Assembly (NCBI GenBank): GCA_958009085.1
Contig: OY253668.1
Coordinates: 1-64,000, forward strand
DNA from: Protoeuglena noctilucae
Taxonomy: Eukaryota
Direction of reading: 5' to 3'
Length of the DNA: 64,000 nucleotides
Both the position numbers and the translations under genes were made by a program. Below the pieces are notes generated by a model that was not told the DNA's origin, ran no database searches, and saw nothing but the letters and a program-made list of their open reading frames with translations. Numbering within the stretch: the stretch's first letter is position 1; every line of letters starts with the position of its first letter. Below, one piece after another: positions 47,691-61,000 of this stretch.

Positions 47691-49763
47691 TCAACTACCC
47701 CCCTCGCCCCCCGCACCATCCCCCTGCTCCTGACCCCCGTCGTCCCCCGCACTATCCCCCTGCTCACCCTCCCCACCCTGCCCGCGCTCCCGTCTCTTGG
47801 CCGCTTTCGCTGCCCGCTGCGCTTCCCTCACGCGCTTCTTGAGCTCGGCCTCAGTGACGCCTTTCCACACCGGTCTCCTGGGCCATGACGCCTCCCTCTG
47901 CCGCATGACCTGGCTTGGGGGCTCCGGGAGCGGTGGCAGCGAGGGGTGCGCCAGGCACAGCTCCACCAAAACCCACACGGAGCACCCCTGGAAGACCAGA
48001 GACGCGGCCCACTGCGAGGGTCGAGCGGAGTGGCACACGGTCATGGTCACACGCGCAACGTGCATTTGCGTCAGCCGCCCCTCCTTCCATGTAACTGGGA
48101 CGGCGAGCATTACAGTAGCCTCACCAGGGTGTTAAAGGCGGGGATGCCTTGGAACTCGACGCAGTAGGCGACGGCGAGCCACGCGGCCTGGGACGCGGCC
48201 CACGCGAGGGCGGCGTGGACGGCACGCGAGGGCAGGGCCGGGGCGGCGGTGACGGCCATGGGCAGGAGGGAGAGGAACCACACAAAGTACTGCGCGGTGG
48301 AGACGCGGTTGAGTGCGACGAAGGCGGCCGCCTGAGCCGCCATGGCGAAGGGGGGGTCGGCGTGGAAGCGTGCGCCGAGGGCGGCGACGGCGGTGAGCTG
48401 GGCGACGGGGAGGGCGGCGGCGGCGAGGGGGGCGAGGGAGAGTGCGGGGGAGGCGGGGGCGCGCGCGGCGAGGGAGAGGCGGAGGTAGGAGGGGAGGAAG
48501 GCGGGTGCGAAGTTGTGGCGGTGGTCGAGGCGGGCGGCGTGGTGGAGGAAGGCGTGGAGCAGGAAGGGCGTCCCCTGCCACGCGAGGCACAGGGCCCTGC
48601 GGAGAGTCGCAAGAGCAGGCTTGTATACGTCAAGGAAGGGTGCCGCTTTTGCAGGTCACGCATGGCATTGCAACGTGAGTGTCGGAAGGACGGGGCTCAC
48701 CCGGCGGCGAGGAATGCCGCGACTCCCGAGGCTGCCAGCGTGATGGTGCGGGCGTTGAAAACCCGACGGGGACCGCGGAGGTCTGCGCAACGGACGATTT
48801 AAAGGGAGTGATTGCGGTTTAGGCATCTGTGACTGTGACTGCGAGCATGTGATGGCTGCAGAGGGGGTGGCCAAGCGCAGCAGCTCTCTTAACACACACA
48901 GGCACTCACGCTGGCCCACGTGCAGCGCCGCGGGGAGCAAGAAGGCGGCAGGGTAGATGCGCCAGTGGGCCGCCAGTCCCAGGAGAGCGCCACAGGCGAG
49001 GTGGGCGCCCCTGTCCAAGCAAGCCAGGGCCCTGAGGACAGAGGATTAGAGAAGATTGTTCAGTTACAGTTGAGGAGCCACTCAGTGGGAGCAGGGTGGG
49101 GACAGGTACATCTCGCAGTCACAGGGCATGTCTCAACATGTCTCTGCCTCACCCGTAGATCATGACGGCGACGAGGCTCTCGCCGTTCCCTCGCGTGGAT
49201 ATCGCGGCAGTGTAGGGGTTGAACAGCCACGCCGCCACCGCTGCCTTGCGCGCCCCGAGACCCGAGCCGCGCTTGGGCAGGGCGGCGTCCAGCATCACGG
49301 CGACGAGGATGTCACACGCTGCGGTGGGCATCGCGACTGCTGTGTCAGTCCAGCACTGCTGCGCCTGCAGGCCCCTAGCACAGGTCCCAGCTGCAGCACG
49401 CGCACCTGAGAAGAGCAGCTTTCCGAAGGGCGGGATCCAGACGTTGGGGATTAGCAGAGCGGCGAGGAGGGGCGTGTAGCGGTAGGTGGCGCGGTCGTAG
49501 GGAGAGCGCCCGGCCGCGAGATGGCGGGCGGCATCCGTGAAGACCCTGGGCGAGGCAGGGAGCATGCGTGCGCGTGAATGCGCGTCCTCCGAGGCCACCA
49601 TCGCGCAATTGCGACACAAATGGACTCGCCTGTAGTCCACATCGGTGTATTTGACCTCCAACAGCGCGTCCTGCGCCTGGCCCCAAATAACAAGTGCCAG
49701 CCGCAGCAGCGCGCCGATCCAGAGGAGTTGCTGCGGGTTAGAAGTTAGAGAATTTGTTATCAT
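47691..49763 (-). CDS. PIGM: GPI mannosyltransferase I (PIG-M/GPI14)
   Basis: VKYTDVDYRVFTDAA, SPYDRATYRYTPLL, WLFNPY...STRGNGES, HWRIYP, RLDHRHNF, NRVSTAQYFVWF. Confidence 0.92.
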
Positions 49764-50036
49764 GATTGCATGAGTGCGATTGGGCCATCGCGATAGCCCT
49801 CAGAGAGGCCAACACACCCGCACAGATGCGTCTCGCCAGGCGCTCCGAGCCCGCGACACCATCCCTGCGGCAGCCGAGATCATCGTCGGACGCGCGGCGG
49901 GAGAGACGCCCGCAGAGACGGGACCCCCCGCCGGTATCGCCGCAGGGCCCGTCAGGGGGCCGATGTTGGCCTGGTGCAAGCGCTCCCCACACCCCTCCGC
50001 GATCGCCTCATCCGTTCGCGTGCCCAACGGCTCAGA

Positions 50037-53000
50037 GCTTGGGAGAAGATCACATCGCGTGCATTCTGTTCGGCTGAGGGCCGCTCAAGACGACCAACTC
50101 AGGGAGTACCCTTCTGGCAGAGGTGTCTCGACGCGCCCAGCGCGAACCACGCCGTCGAAAACACGGAGGACTGGCGCTACAAAGTTACAGATCCGCTCTT
50201 CAGGCGCTTGTGCCCGCTCGAGTGCACGAGTCGGCCGCAAGGTTCTCCGCACTTTTTGTCCAGCTCGCCGCGCTCGTCGAACGCCCTTGCACGCCACTCT
50301 GCGTGCCGCTCAATCCCCGGGTCAAGAGGCTTCAAAAGCTTGCTCGGCCGTGGTCCTATCCTCGCGATGCGGCCCACAGCTTCCGACCCCGGCCTGGGGG
50401 CTCTTGCGTCCGAAGACGACGCCCCCGCGCCCAGGCGAGCCGCGCGGGGCTCGCCTCTGTGCGCCGATTGCATCTTGATAAAAGCCAAATGCGATCGCGG
50501 TGGCGTCCTTTGCTCCGCAGCGGGCGGCACCGGCTCGTCAAGCGCGCCCTGTCGCGGAGCCAGCTCTCGGGCACCGGGAAGCATTACGCGCACGCGGAGC
50601 CGTGGTACGCGGTGGGAGACATGGAGAACGACGACGAGAGCGAGACTCTCAACATGAACTGGCGCTTCATGAGGCAAGCGAAGCGCGCACGCTGCCGTGC
50701 ATGGCGCACGGGCGAGAGAGTTGTTCTTTTTTGACCCGCGCGTCGCCGATCGATCTCCGCAGCGACTCCCTTCGCGAGGACTCGACGCCGGGCGCCCACA
50801 CCGGGCGCAAAGGGGCATGGAACCACGCACACGCGAACGGCAAGGCCCGTGGTTCCTTCGTCCCCCCGGATAACCTGCCCCCGCGCCTGGGCATCATGGA
50901 GCTGGTGAGAGCGAGGGTGTGGGTGTCAAAGCCAGCAGGAATGGGGCAGCAGATTGCGAGTGTCAGAGGGCGCAGCGAGTCACCACGGGCGGTGCTTGGT
51001 GGTGTGGTTGACGCCATCGGTCACTGCCCCTGCAACATACCTGCCTCCGCCGCAGCTCACCTGATATCGCTCTCACTTGCCTCCCCCAGGCCCGCGTCAT
51101 CGCCAGCGAGGCCCTGGTCCCCGCCTGCACGGCCGCCAACGTCGCCACGGCCGTCCTCGCCCTCCGCCGCCCCTGGGCCGCCCCGGGCACCCGCCTGGCC
51201 CACGCACAGGGCGCGGTGGGGGCGGCCGTGGCGCTGGCGCTCGCCCTGTCCATGCGCGCGCAGGCCATGGCGGGGGTGCTGCTGAGGCTGCCGGGGCTGG
51301 ACTGGGCAGCGGCGGCCGCCCATGCGGTGGCACCCGCCCTCGACCGACTCTGCCAGGCGAGAGGGGTGGGGTGAAGCGGATAGGGTTGCATGGTTGACTG
51401 TCATGCGTGGTTGTTGCGGTGCTTGATCTGGTGCTGACGACGCTGCTGTCAGCCCGACGCGCACCAGCGCTCTTGGTTTGTTTGTACCAGCACACACGCA
51501 CCCCCAGCTACAGCCCACCCACCCCTTCCCGTCTCGCAGAAGTGCGCGGTGGGCGACCTGCCCGTCAGCCGCGTGCTGTCCGGGTGCATTTCATGGCCGC
51601 TGGGCCTGGCGGGGCTGGGCGTGCGGTGGCTGGCGCGGGCGGTGGTGACGGGGGCGGCGGCGTGGGTGGCCGCGCCCTTCGCACCGCTGGCGCAGCTGCG
51701 GGGGTGCGCGTGGCACGTCAAGGCGAGCGGGAGGGGGCGAGTGGCTGTGGTTGTGGTTGCGTTCGCGATTACCACCCCTAGGTTGCCACGAGTCATATTA
51801 TGACTCCCTCCCCACTCGTTACCGATTCCAAGCCCACCCTGTTATAATTGCAGAATGTGCTGGCGGACCTGACCGTGCACCGTGGCCGCCGCGCCGCCCT
51901 CAGCTCCGTCAAGTCCCTGGCGTTCCGATGCATGAGGGCATACGCGGCGCTCATCGAGGTGACGTATGGGCACTTGATGAAGCGTGACGTGATACCCGAT
52001 CCATCCCCCTCAACCACCATTGCCACTCTCATTCCCCCCCCCCCAGTCCCCTTCCCTCTCCCACCCCTCACCCCCCACTCACCCCCACCCCCCGTCCCTC
52101 CCTCCCCAGTCCCTCCCCCTGGCCGTCGGCTCCTCTGCCCTCCTGGCCCTGTCCCTCGCCTCCCACGCCCCCCCCGGCGTCCCAATCGCCCTCGCCGCCA
52201 CCGCCGCCCTCAACGCCTGCCGGTGGGTCGCGGAGAGGCGTGCCTGGGGCACTGGGGGTCGACTGATGCGGGTGGTGGCGGGGTGGCGGATGGCGAGCCT
52301 GGCCGTGCCCGACGAGGACCTGCCCCTGCTGCACTACGCGGCCATGGTGAGAGAATGGGTGTGATGTGGATGATGTGTGATGTGATATGCACTACGCAGC
52401 CATGGTGAGAAGTGATGAGAGGGTTACGACAGATAGATGTGAGGGAGATGCACAGTGTGGGAGTGCAGTGAGGTGTGGTGATGGAGTCTTATATTCCCAT
52501 CAGTACCATCGCCTTTCCTGTCACCTCGCAGCTGCCAGACACGGAGTCCCTTCGGCTGGTGCTGGAGGAGGGGGTGGCGGAGAACACGAGGGACGCGCGG
52601 GGCAGGACGGCCATGCACCTGGTGGCGAGCAGGGCAGAGGTGAGGGGGGGTGATGGTTGATGGTTGATGAGACACGGCCATGCACAGCAGTGGCAGAGGT
52701 GAGAGGGTGGTGGTGGCGGGTGTGGTAAACGTCAGACTGCCATGCACAGTGGGGGTCGCGAGAGGCAGGGCCGCCGTGTGATGAAGACAGCAGCACCTAT
52801 GCACTAGACAGGCACGCGTCGCGACGTGCGAGCGTGGCTGCGTCTGCCCATCATACACCCCCCGTCATTATCATTGTAACAATAAACTGATGGTAACAAT
52901 ATACTTCGTCGCGCTCCCTGTCCCGCAGCTGGGCTGCTCCGATTCCAGGGCCGTGGACCTGGTGGTGGACGAGGGGCGGTCGCTGGCCACGCAGATGGAC

Positions 53001-54594
53001 GCGCTGGAGCTGCTGCTGGAGGTGAGGGCTGTGGGCCCATGGCTCAATGCCCGTCCTGTCCTTGTATGCACCTAAGGGGTGATGTGTAGCAAGTGACCGT
53101 CGCACACCACTGCTACCCCCTGCTGCGTCAATTGAAACGCCCTGCGCTCGTCTCAATCCATGCAGGCGGGCGCGGATCTGTTTGCGGTGGATGATGGCGG
53201 CATGACGCCCCTGCACGCGGCGTGCCATGCTAAGAACTCGGAACTGGCGGGGGTGAGTGGGGGAGGGGGGGATGACAGTGACCGGAGGGGCGGGGTGTGT
53301 GAGTGGGTACACGTGACCATCACTTGCAGCGTCTGTGTGTTTTGATGGAGCACATGGTGCCATTCGCCGCATCTAATGTCACTTGATGCATCCCTGCATC
53401 TCTCCCCCACCCACTCAGGCGATGGTGGAGCATGTGAGCATCTCTGTGTCTTAACATAGCATCTGATGCCACTCATCTCATCTCTCTCCCCACTTCCCAG
53501 GCGATGGTGGAGCACGTGATGCGCGCGGTGGGCGCTGCGTCGGCGATGGAGCTGGTGAGGGCGACCGACCGCGACGGCTGGACCCCCCTGCACTTTGCGG
53601 CCAGCAACGGAGACGCGGCGCTGGTCGCCAGGCTCGTGGGGCTGGGGGCGGACGTGCACGCCACCGACCACATGCGGAGGATGCCCCTGCACATGGCGGC
53701 AAAGGTGAGAGAGGGTGTATGGGGGGGCGGAGTGGGTGACTGTGCATGGGTGTTATGGTGCGGGTTGCTCCCTGCTTGCGTGATTATTTATCAATCGCGT
53801 CGTCACAGTCACAGAGTGACGGCCACTCTGTCGCTCATCACTCGTCGCTTGCACTCGTCGCCCGCAGCGTGACAGCGAGGGCCACGTGGCGACCATGACG
53901 GCGCTGATTGAGTGCGGGGCGGACGTGGATGCCACCGACTGCACCGGGTGAGTGGCTGCCTTGCATGGCGTTAGAGGTGGCGAGAGCAGGGCAGCGTGCG
54001 CACAGCGCATCGGGCGAGGGTGGCCGAGTCGCTGACATTCTTAGACTAAGCATGGTCATACCTCCACACCCTGACACAAAACAGTGCCAATCTAATCATG
54101 TTCTCCACCTTCACCACAGTGCCACCCCTTGGATGTACGTGGCAAAGGTCATGGACCGGTGCCGGGATGCGGAGGCGAGGGGGCGACTCGAGGTGATGGT
54201 CGCCGTCATGACGGAGATCGCATTGGGGAGGTTCACGACCGGGCCCAGGGGAACCCGACGGCTCCTGCCGGGGTCGCGGGGGTCGCCGGCGTCGTCCTCC
54301 CGCCCCTCCTCGCGCCCCAGCTCGCTGCCCTCGTCGCTGCCCGGGTCGGTGCACGGGGGCGTGGCGGCCGCGCACCTGCTGCGGGCCTCGCGGCTGGGCA
54401 CGCCCCACGCGCCCCCGCACGTGCTCAGCGACGGGTTGCTGTCGCGGTTCGCCCCTCGCATGGAGCGCATCCGCGAGGAAGCGCGTGCCGAGGTGGCGGC
54501 GGAGGAGGACCCTAGAAACGAGACGGGCATGCTCGACACGCTCGAGGGGGACGAGGGGAGCCTGCTGAATTTGGAACTGGAGGCGGACGAGTGA
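50037..54594 (+). CDS. Membrane-associated ankyrin-repeat protein (5' end uncertain)
   Basis: Hydrophobic middle exons, then ANK motifs GRTAMHL, GMTPLHAA, GWTPLHFAA, RMPLHMAA, GADVDATD. Confidence 0.75.
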
Positions 54595-54864
54595 ATGGGG
54601 CTGCGGAAGGGGGCAAGTTTTGTGCACTGGCGCCTGGTGCGGCACGGGCGGGGACTCGAGGCGCGCTTTCCGTTTGGCGTCGCGCTTGGGTTTTCGTGCT
54701 AATCGTTAGATGTCAATACGCTCGCTGACGGAGCCGTTCGTGAAAACAGCCGAGCGACAGAGCGTGACAGAGCGCGACCATCAACGTCCTTGGACCGCTG
54801 CGCCGAGCGCGCGCGGGATTCCGAAGCGCAACCGCTGATTGTATTAGCTTGGAAACAGGGAACC

Positions 54865-57718
54865 ATGCGAGGGATGGAGCGAGGCGGTTGCGCCCTGGGC
54901 GCGCAGGGCCGGTCCACGGGCCACACGGGCCTGCGAGCCGCCCCGCAAGCGGCAAGACGGCTGCTGCACAAGACTTTTGCGGCCTCTGCGAAGAAGAAGC
55001 CAGAAAAGGTCCCGCGAGTGGGTGTCGCAGCCCAGTATCGGCTCCCCCCGCGCCCCGACACCCGCGGCTGTGCCCGCGCAGTTCGGGCAAGCGCGCTTCG
55101 CCCTCCGGCTCCCGCAGGTGGAAGACGACGGATTCGCGGATGAGGTCCTGTCCGTCCTCTCTGGCCTCCGTGCGGAGCGCACTACCGTAACCCGAGGGCC
55201 GGGCGGACGGAGCCCGAAGTCCCGGCGTCCCACCAGCGTCTCCCGCGGCCCCGGCGCGGCCGGCGTTGATGTCGTGCGGGGTCCTCGCGACGCCATGGCG
55301 GTGTCGCGCACCGATTACGAGGCGTTGGACGACGACGGCGTCGTGCGTGACGCGCGGATGGTGGACTTTGGCTTCGGGTCCGTGCCCGACGGCGCGGCCG
55401 GGGCCGCCGGTTTCGACTCCCGCGCGATGCTAGATGAGGCTTGGGACAACGAAGAAGAGGCGGAGGACGACGACGGCGGGGCGGCGGTGTTCTACGTCCC
55501 GGACGAGGACGACGACGACGTGGATGCGGACGAGGGCCGCGCGGGCGGCGCGGCGGACGACTGGCGCGGCTACGAGGAGGGTGCGGACTTCACGGATGAG
55601 TGGGAGAGTCTCCCGGGTCCCGGCGAGCGCTCGCGCCGCGGGGAGTCGCGGTCGAGCGTGTCGATCGAGGTGCGGGCGTTTGACTCCGCGATAGTGTCGG
55701 TGAAGGCGGGCGACGGGGGCAACGGGTGCGTGGCGTTCCGTCGCGAGAAGTACGTCGAGTTCGGGGGCCCCGCGGGCGGCAACGGCGGCCGCGGCGGGAG
55801 CGTGTGGGTGGTGGCGGACCCGGGGCGCGGCTCGCTGCTGCACTTCCGGCGGCAGGTGCACTGGCGCGCGGGGGACGGGGGCGCGGGGTCCGGGTTCAAC
55901 AAGACGGGCGCGGGGGGCGGCGACGTGGAGATCCCCGTGCCCCTGGGGACGGTGGTGCGGCGGAGGGGCGACCCGGACGACGCGCCCCCACTGGCGGAGA
56001 TTCTGGCAGAAGGGGACCGGGCGCTGGTGGCGGCGGGGGGCCGCGGGGGCCGCGGGAACGCGTCGTTCAAGTCGAACCGGAACCGGGCGCCGCTGATTGC
56101 CGAGAAGGGCGAGCGGGGGCAGGAGCTGTGGCTGGCCCTGGAGATGAAGGTGGGTGGGGGTGGGTGGGTTGTGATGAAGTAACACATGAGGAGCAGTGGG
56201 TGGCTTAGCGAGTAAGGCATAGGGCTGTGGCACCCTGCATGCGACACCGCTAGCGTCGGTCCCATCCGGTGTCACGCCTTCGGCAGCCCTGTCTCACAGC
56301 CAGCCTTGGCTTTGCCAAGCGATGGAATGCCCTCGTCTTCTCCCCGCAGGTGGTGGCGGACGTGGGCATCGTGGGCGTTCCCAACGCGGGCAAGTCTACG
56401 CTTCTGTCGGTGCTGTCGGCCGCGCGCCCCAAGATCGCCAACTACCCCTTCACGACCCTCGTGCCCAACCTGGGCGTATGCGAACTCGACATGCGCACCA
56501 CCGTCTTCGCGGACATCCCGGGGCTGCTCGAGGGGGCGCACCTCGGTGAGGAGCGCTTTGTGATGGACAGGAACAGATACTGATGTGCAATGGTGCATGT
56601 TGTATAGTGCGCCTTGGCAGCGACTTTCACACGTACAAAAGAGCACAGATGCGCATTCGGGACATGGCTACCTTGCGCAGATGGTATCCCATTCACACCA
56701 GCCCTCTGCCAACTCCCCTCTCGCCTTCCACCCTGCAGGCCGTGGGCTGGGCGTGCAGTTCCTGCGGCACTGCGAGCGCGCCCGGGTGCTGGTGCACCTC
56801 GTGGACGGCACTTCGCGCGATCCGATCCACGACTACCACGCCATCAACGCCGAACTGGAGCTCTTCTCTCCCGAGCTGGCGGACAAGCCGCAGCTAGTGG
56901 CGTACAACAAGGTGGACCTGCCGGACTCGGGCGATTTCTACGATCTCGTTTGCGAGCATTTCGAGGGGCTCGGGCTGCCGAAGCCCGTGGCGGTGTCGGC
57001 GGCGACGGGGCAGGGCGTCGTCGAGTTGGGTGAGGCGCCAGGGATATGTGCAGCTGGGCGCAGCGCCTGCTGACTGGAGAGCAAACTTGCGATGTTAGTT
57101 TGCAACTCCAACCGGCACATCAGGGCTGCGCTCCTGTGTCTGTCGCCCTGGCCCGTCCGCACCCACACAGTAGGCAAAAACTCCCTCCCTGCACTCCGTT
57201 GTCCTTCCCTGCAGTTCGGGAGGTGCGCCGCCTGCTCGACAGCCTTCCCGAGGAGTGCGAGGAGCGGCGCGTGGAGAACGTTACGCGCGTCCCGCGAGAC
57301 CGCAGCCGCGTGGACGATTACCGCGTCGAGAGCTCCGAGAGGGGCCCCGGCGGGGCCCGCTTCGTAATCCGGGGAGAGGCCTTGGAGCGATTCACACAGA
57401 TGACCACTTTCGAATACTTCGAGGGCCTCCTGCGCTTCCAGAGGCGAGGCGCTGGGCATAAAATGCCCGGACATTGCTGCCGGGCAGCCGCTTCTCGCTT
57501 CCAGTTGCTCTGACATTCTCCTTTTTGCTCCGCGCGACAGGGTGTTGGAAGCGGCGGGCGTCGTGGACCGCCTGCGCCGCGAGGGCGTCCAGGCGGGGGA
57601 CACGGTGGCGATTGGGGACGTGATGGAGTTCCAGTGGAGCGACGACCGCTCCCACGGGGCGCTGTACGAGGCATGGAGGAGCCAGCGCACGGTGGTCCGC
57701 CCGTACGCTCGCGGATGA
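54865..57718 (+). CDS. OBG: Plastid Obg/CgtA GTPase with C-terminal OCT domain
   Basis: [75 protein letters not shown]. Confidence 0.94.
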
Positions 57719-58002
57719 CGGAAGACCGACTGGCTTGCATCCGTGCGACTGGCACCGCCAGCGCGGCCTCGATGCAGGGGATATTTGCTCGGCAGTGTCG
57801 CTGTTCTGTTGATGCTTCCATGATTATACCGTCGTGCCTAACGTGGCTTCGATCAGGTCCACGATCTGCGCAAACGGCGCTTGGATAGGCACTCTGCCCC
57901 GTCCTGGACCGGGCGTCGCCTCTCTACGAGGGCTCCGTCGAATGATTTAAAGCTCTCCTGTCGTGAAACGTTTCCCGCGCCCCGTCAAAGCGGCGGGTCA
58001 CG

Positions 58003-61000
58003 ATGGCGGAGCAGCGATTGAGGTCCGTGCGCCGGAGCCGGCAGCGTGGGCCGAGGCCTCGTCATCGGGGCCTTGGCTGCGACCGGGGGACGTGCGCCGT
58101 TGCTACCCGTGCGCGCTGACGTCGCTCCTGGACACCGCGTGACGCGGGCGCGCCAGTTCCGTGTCTGCAGGCGCAAGGTCACCGTAACCCTTCCGATATG
58201 TGACAGCTCGCAACACTGCGCTTCCGTGGACGCCCTGCGGATATCCCCCGGTGGGTCCCTGCCATCCGCGGCGTCGCTCGGCCCTCGAGCGCGTCCCGCG
58301 GGCCGAATGATAGGCCCCCCTGCCTGACCGCCGCGCGCCCCGCTCCCTCAGACGGCCGTCATCTGTTCTCCGCGTCGCGGGACTCCACCATCAAGCGATG
58401 GGTACTCTCGCCCGGCGAGGGGGATGCGGAGGAGGAAGAGTCGCGCCACCCGCGGCACGAGTCGGGGGAATTTGGAATGGAGATGGACGCACTGTCGCCG
58501 CGGACGCCGCGGAACGTTGCAGACGACGAAAGCGCAGGTATGCGCAGCACCAGAAGGGCTGCGGACGCGAGAGGACGTCGCGCGCGGGGTGAGAGACGAC
58601 GTTGCTTTGTTGCTGCGCCCTGCACGCCCCGCGCCCCGCTCCTCCCCGCAGCCGGCCCGCGCTTCGAGGCTTCGTTCGAGGGTCATTCCGACTGGGTCAA
58701 CGACTGCTGCGTTCTCGAGGATCTCCTCGTCTCCTGCTCCTCGGATTGCACGGGTGAGGGTGGGCGCGATGGGCTGTGTGGGTGGTGGTGGTGGTGTGAC
58801 TGCGACCGAGCGTATGTTCTCATCCCCCACATCATCATCCTCTCCCCGCCCCCTCGGCCCCCCCGCAGTGCGGTGTTGGAAGGCGGACGCAGCCCCGACT
58901 GCAGCAGGGACCGTCGCTTGCCTTCACACGCTCACGGGCCACAGTGACTTTGTGCAGTGCCTGGCAGCGGCACCTGCCGCGGCAGCGGTGGTCAGCGCGG
59001 GGTGCCTGGGGGAGGTGTTTGTGTGGAACCTGGGAGGGGACATGCGGGGGGTGGCCATTGGTGAGGGGAGGGGGGGCGTGGTGGGTTGCGTGTGAGATGA
59101 GGGGCAGAGGCTGAATGAGGTTAGGGAATTGGGAACGCGGGACAAGTGTTGCAGCTGCCTCCGGGTATCTGTAAGGCGTTGCATATGTACACGACACTCG
59201 ACTCGTCGCGTGCGTCAGAGTGCGACGCTGCCAACACCTGCCCCCCTCTCGCAGGAGGTGGCTCTGCGGCTGCGCAGGGCGGTCAGCGCCACAGCACATA
59301 CGCGGTGGACTGCACAGCGAATGCAAACACGGTGGCGACGGGGAGCACGGCGGGGGGCGTGCGGGTGTGGGACGCGCGGTCGGGTCAGATGACGCACGAC
59401 CTGCAGCTGCACACGGGGAACGTCAGGGCGATCCAGATCAGCGCAGATGGGCAGGTGAGAGAGGGGGAGGAGGGGTGTATGGGTGTCACTCGCAGCATCC
59501 CCATCCCCTGATCAACCCCCTCCCCTCCCCTGCAACTGCACACCCCTCACCCCTCACCCCTCACCCTCCCACCCCTCAGATGCTCCTTTCCGGCGGCGCC
59601 GACCGCACCGTGCGTCTCTGGGACCTGGGCCAGCACCGCTGCGTGGGCACCTACGTCATGCACGCGGAGTCCGTGTGGGGCATGCACGCCGACGAGCATC
59701 TGTCAGAAGTGATCAGTTGGGACAGGGGCGGGTGCGTGTTTCGCACCGAGGTGGCGTCGGGCGACCACGCCCTGCTCGTGCGGGAGAGGGGGGCCGTGCA
59801 CGCGCTCGCCGTGCAGGTGAGGGGTAGGGGTGTTTGGGGGGTGTCCAGCGGTGGGGGTGGATGCGTGTGTCTGTGGGTGTGTTTGGGTATGGGTGTCTGG
59901 AAAGCCAAAGCACTTGACTTCCCCATCCCCTTACCACCTCTGCCCATTGTACACCCCAATTGTGCACCCCCCCACTCTCTCCCCAATGCAGTCCCCCTCC
60001 CCCTCCCCCGACTGCGAGCTGAGCCTCTGGACGTCGTCAGTCGGATCCGACATACGTAGATGGGACGTGCCTGCCCCCGGCACCCACCCCGCGCGCCGAC
60101 CGGAGTCGGCATCACGGTCTCCCTTCGCGCGGTCGTCGCCGCTGCTGGCGGGGCACTCCAGGGCAAGGGGTGAGTGGTTGGGGTTGCAATTGGAATGGGT
60201 GGAGATGGAGGATGATAGCGGGTGGTAAGAAGCGTGGGGGGTTTGTTAAAAAGGGTGGGGCACTCCAGGGCGAGGGGTGAGGAGAGAAGGGGAGGGTGGG
60301 AGTGAGAGGGTGCGGGGGCAGGGGTGCGAGAGCGACTCAATTCCCATCCCCCTCCACCACCACCAACCAACCCACTCCTCTCCATCCCACTGTACCCCTC
60401 AACCACTCCCCCCGCACCCAACGCAGGCGAGTCCGTGCGTGCCCCCGCGGCCGTCGCCCGCCCCTCCCTGGAGATCCGGGGAGTGCCCCCCCTGACTCGG
60501 TTCCGCGTGCTGCCAGACAAGCGACACGTGCTGACTCAGGACCTGACGGGGTCGCTGTCGCTGTGGGACGTGGCCCTGGGGCAGCCGGTGCGGGCGTTTG
60601 AAACAGGGACGCCCTTCGACGCGCAGTACAGGCGAGGGGAGATGTGTGTGCGTGTGGGTGTGTGCCGAGGGGTTAAAGAGTGGAAGTGTAATGCATGGAT
60701 GTTCGTAAATGTCAGCCCTTCCAATCACATCCACCCCTCACCCCACCCCACCCCACCCCTCACCCCTCACCCCCTCACCCCCACCCCCCCCCTCACCCCC
60801 AGAGAGCTCTTCGAGCCGTTGATGGTCGCCTCGTGGTTTCTGGCAGACACGAAACTGGGATGCCTGTCATTGACATTGGACCCAGCCACGTGCTTCTCAG
60901 CTGAGGTGTATGCATTGGATGTGGGGCTGTCTCACCATGCCGAGGAGACGAAGCTCAACTTCGGGGGGCAGGTCGTCGCGGGGGCGTTTGATGCGTGGGC

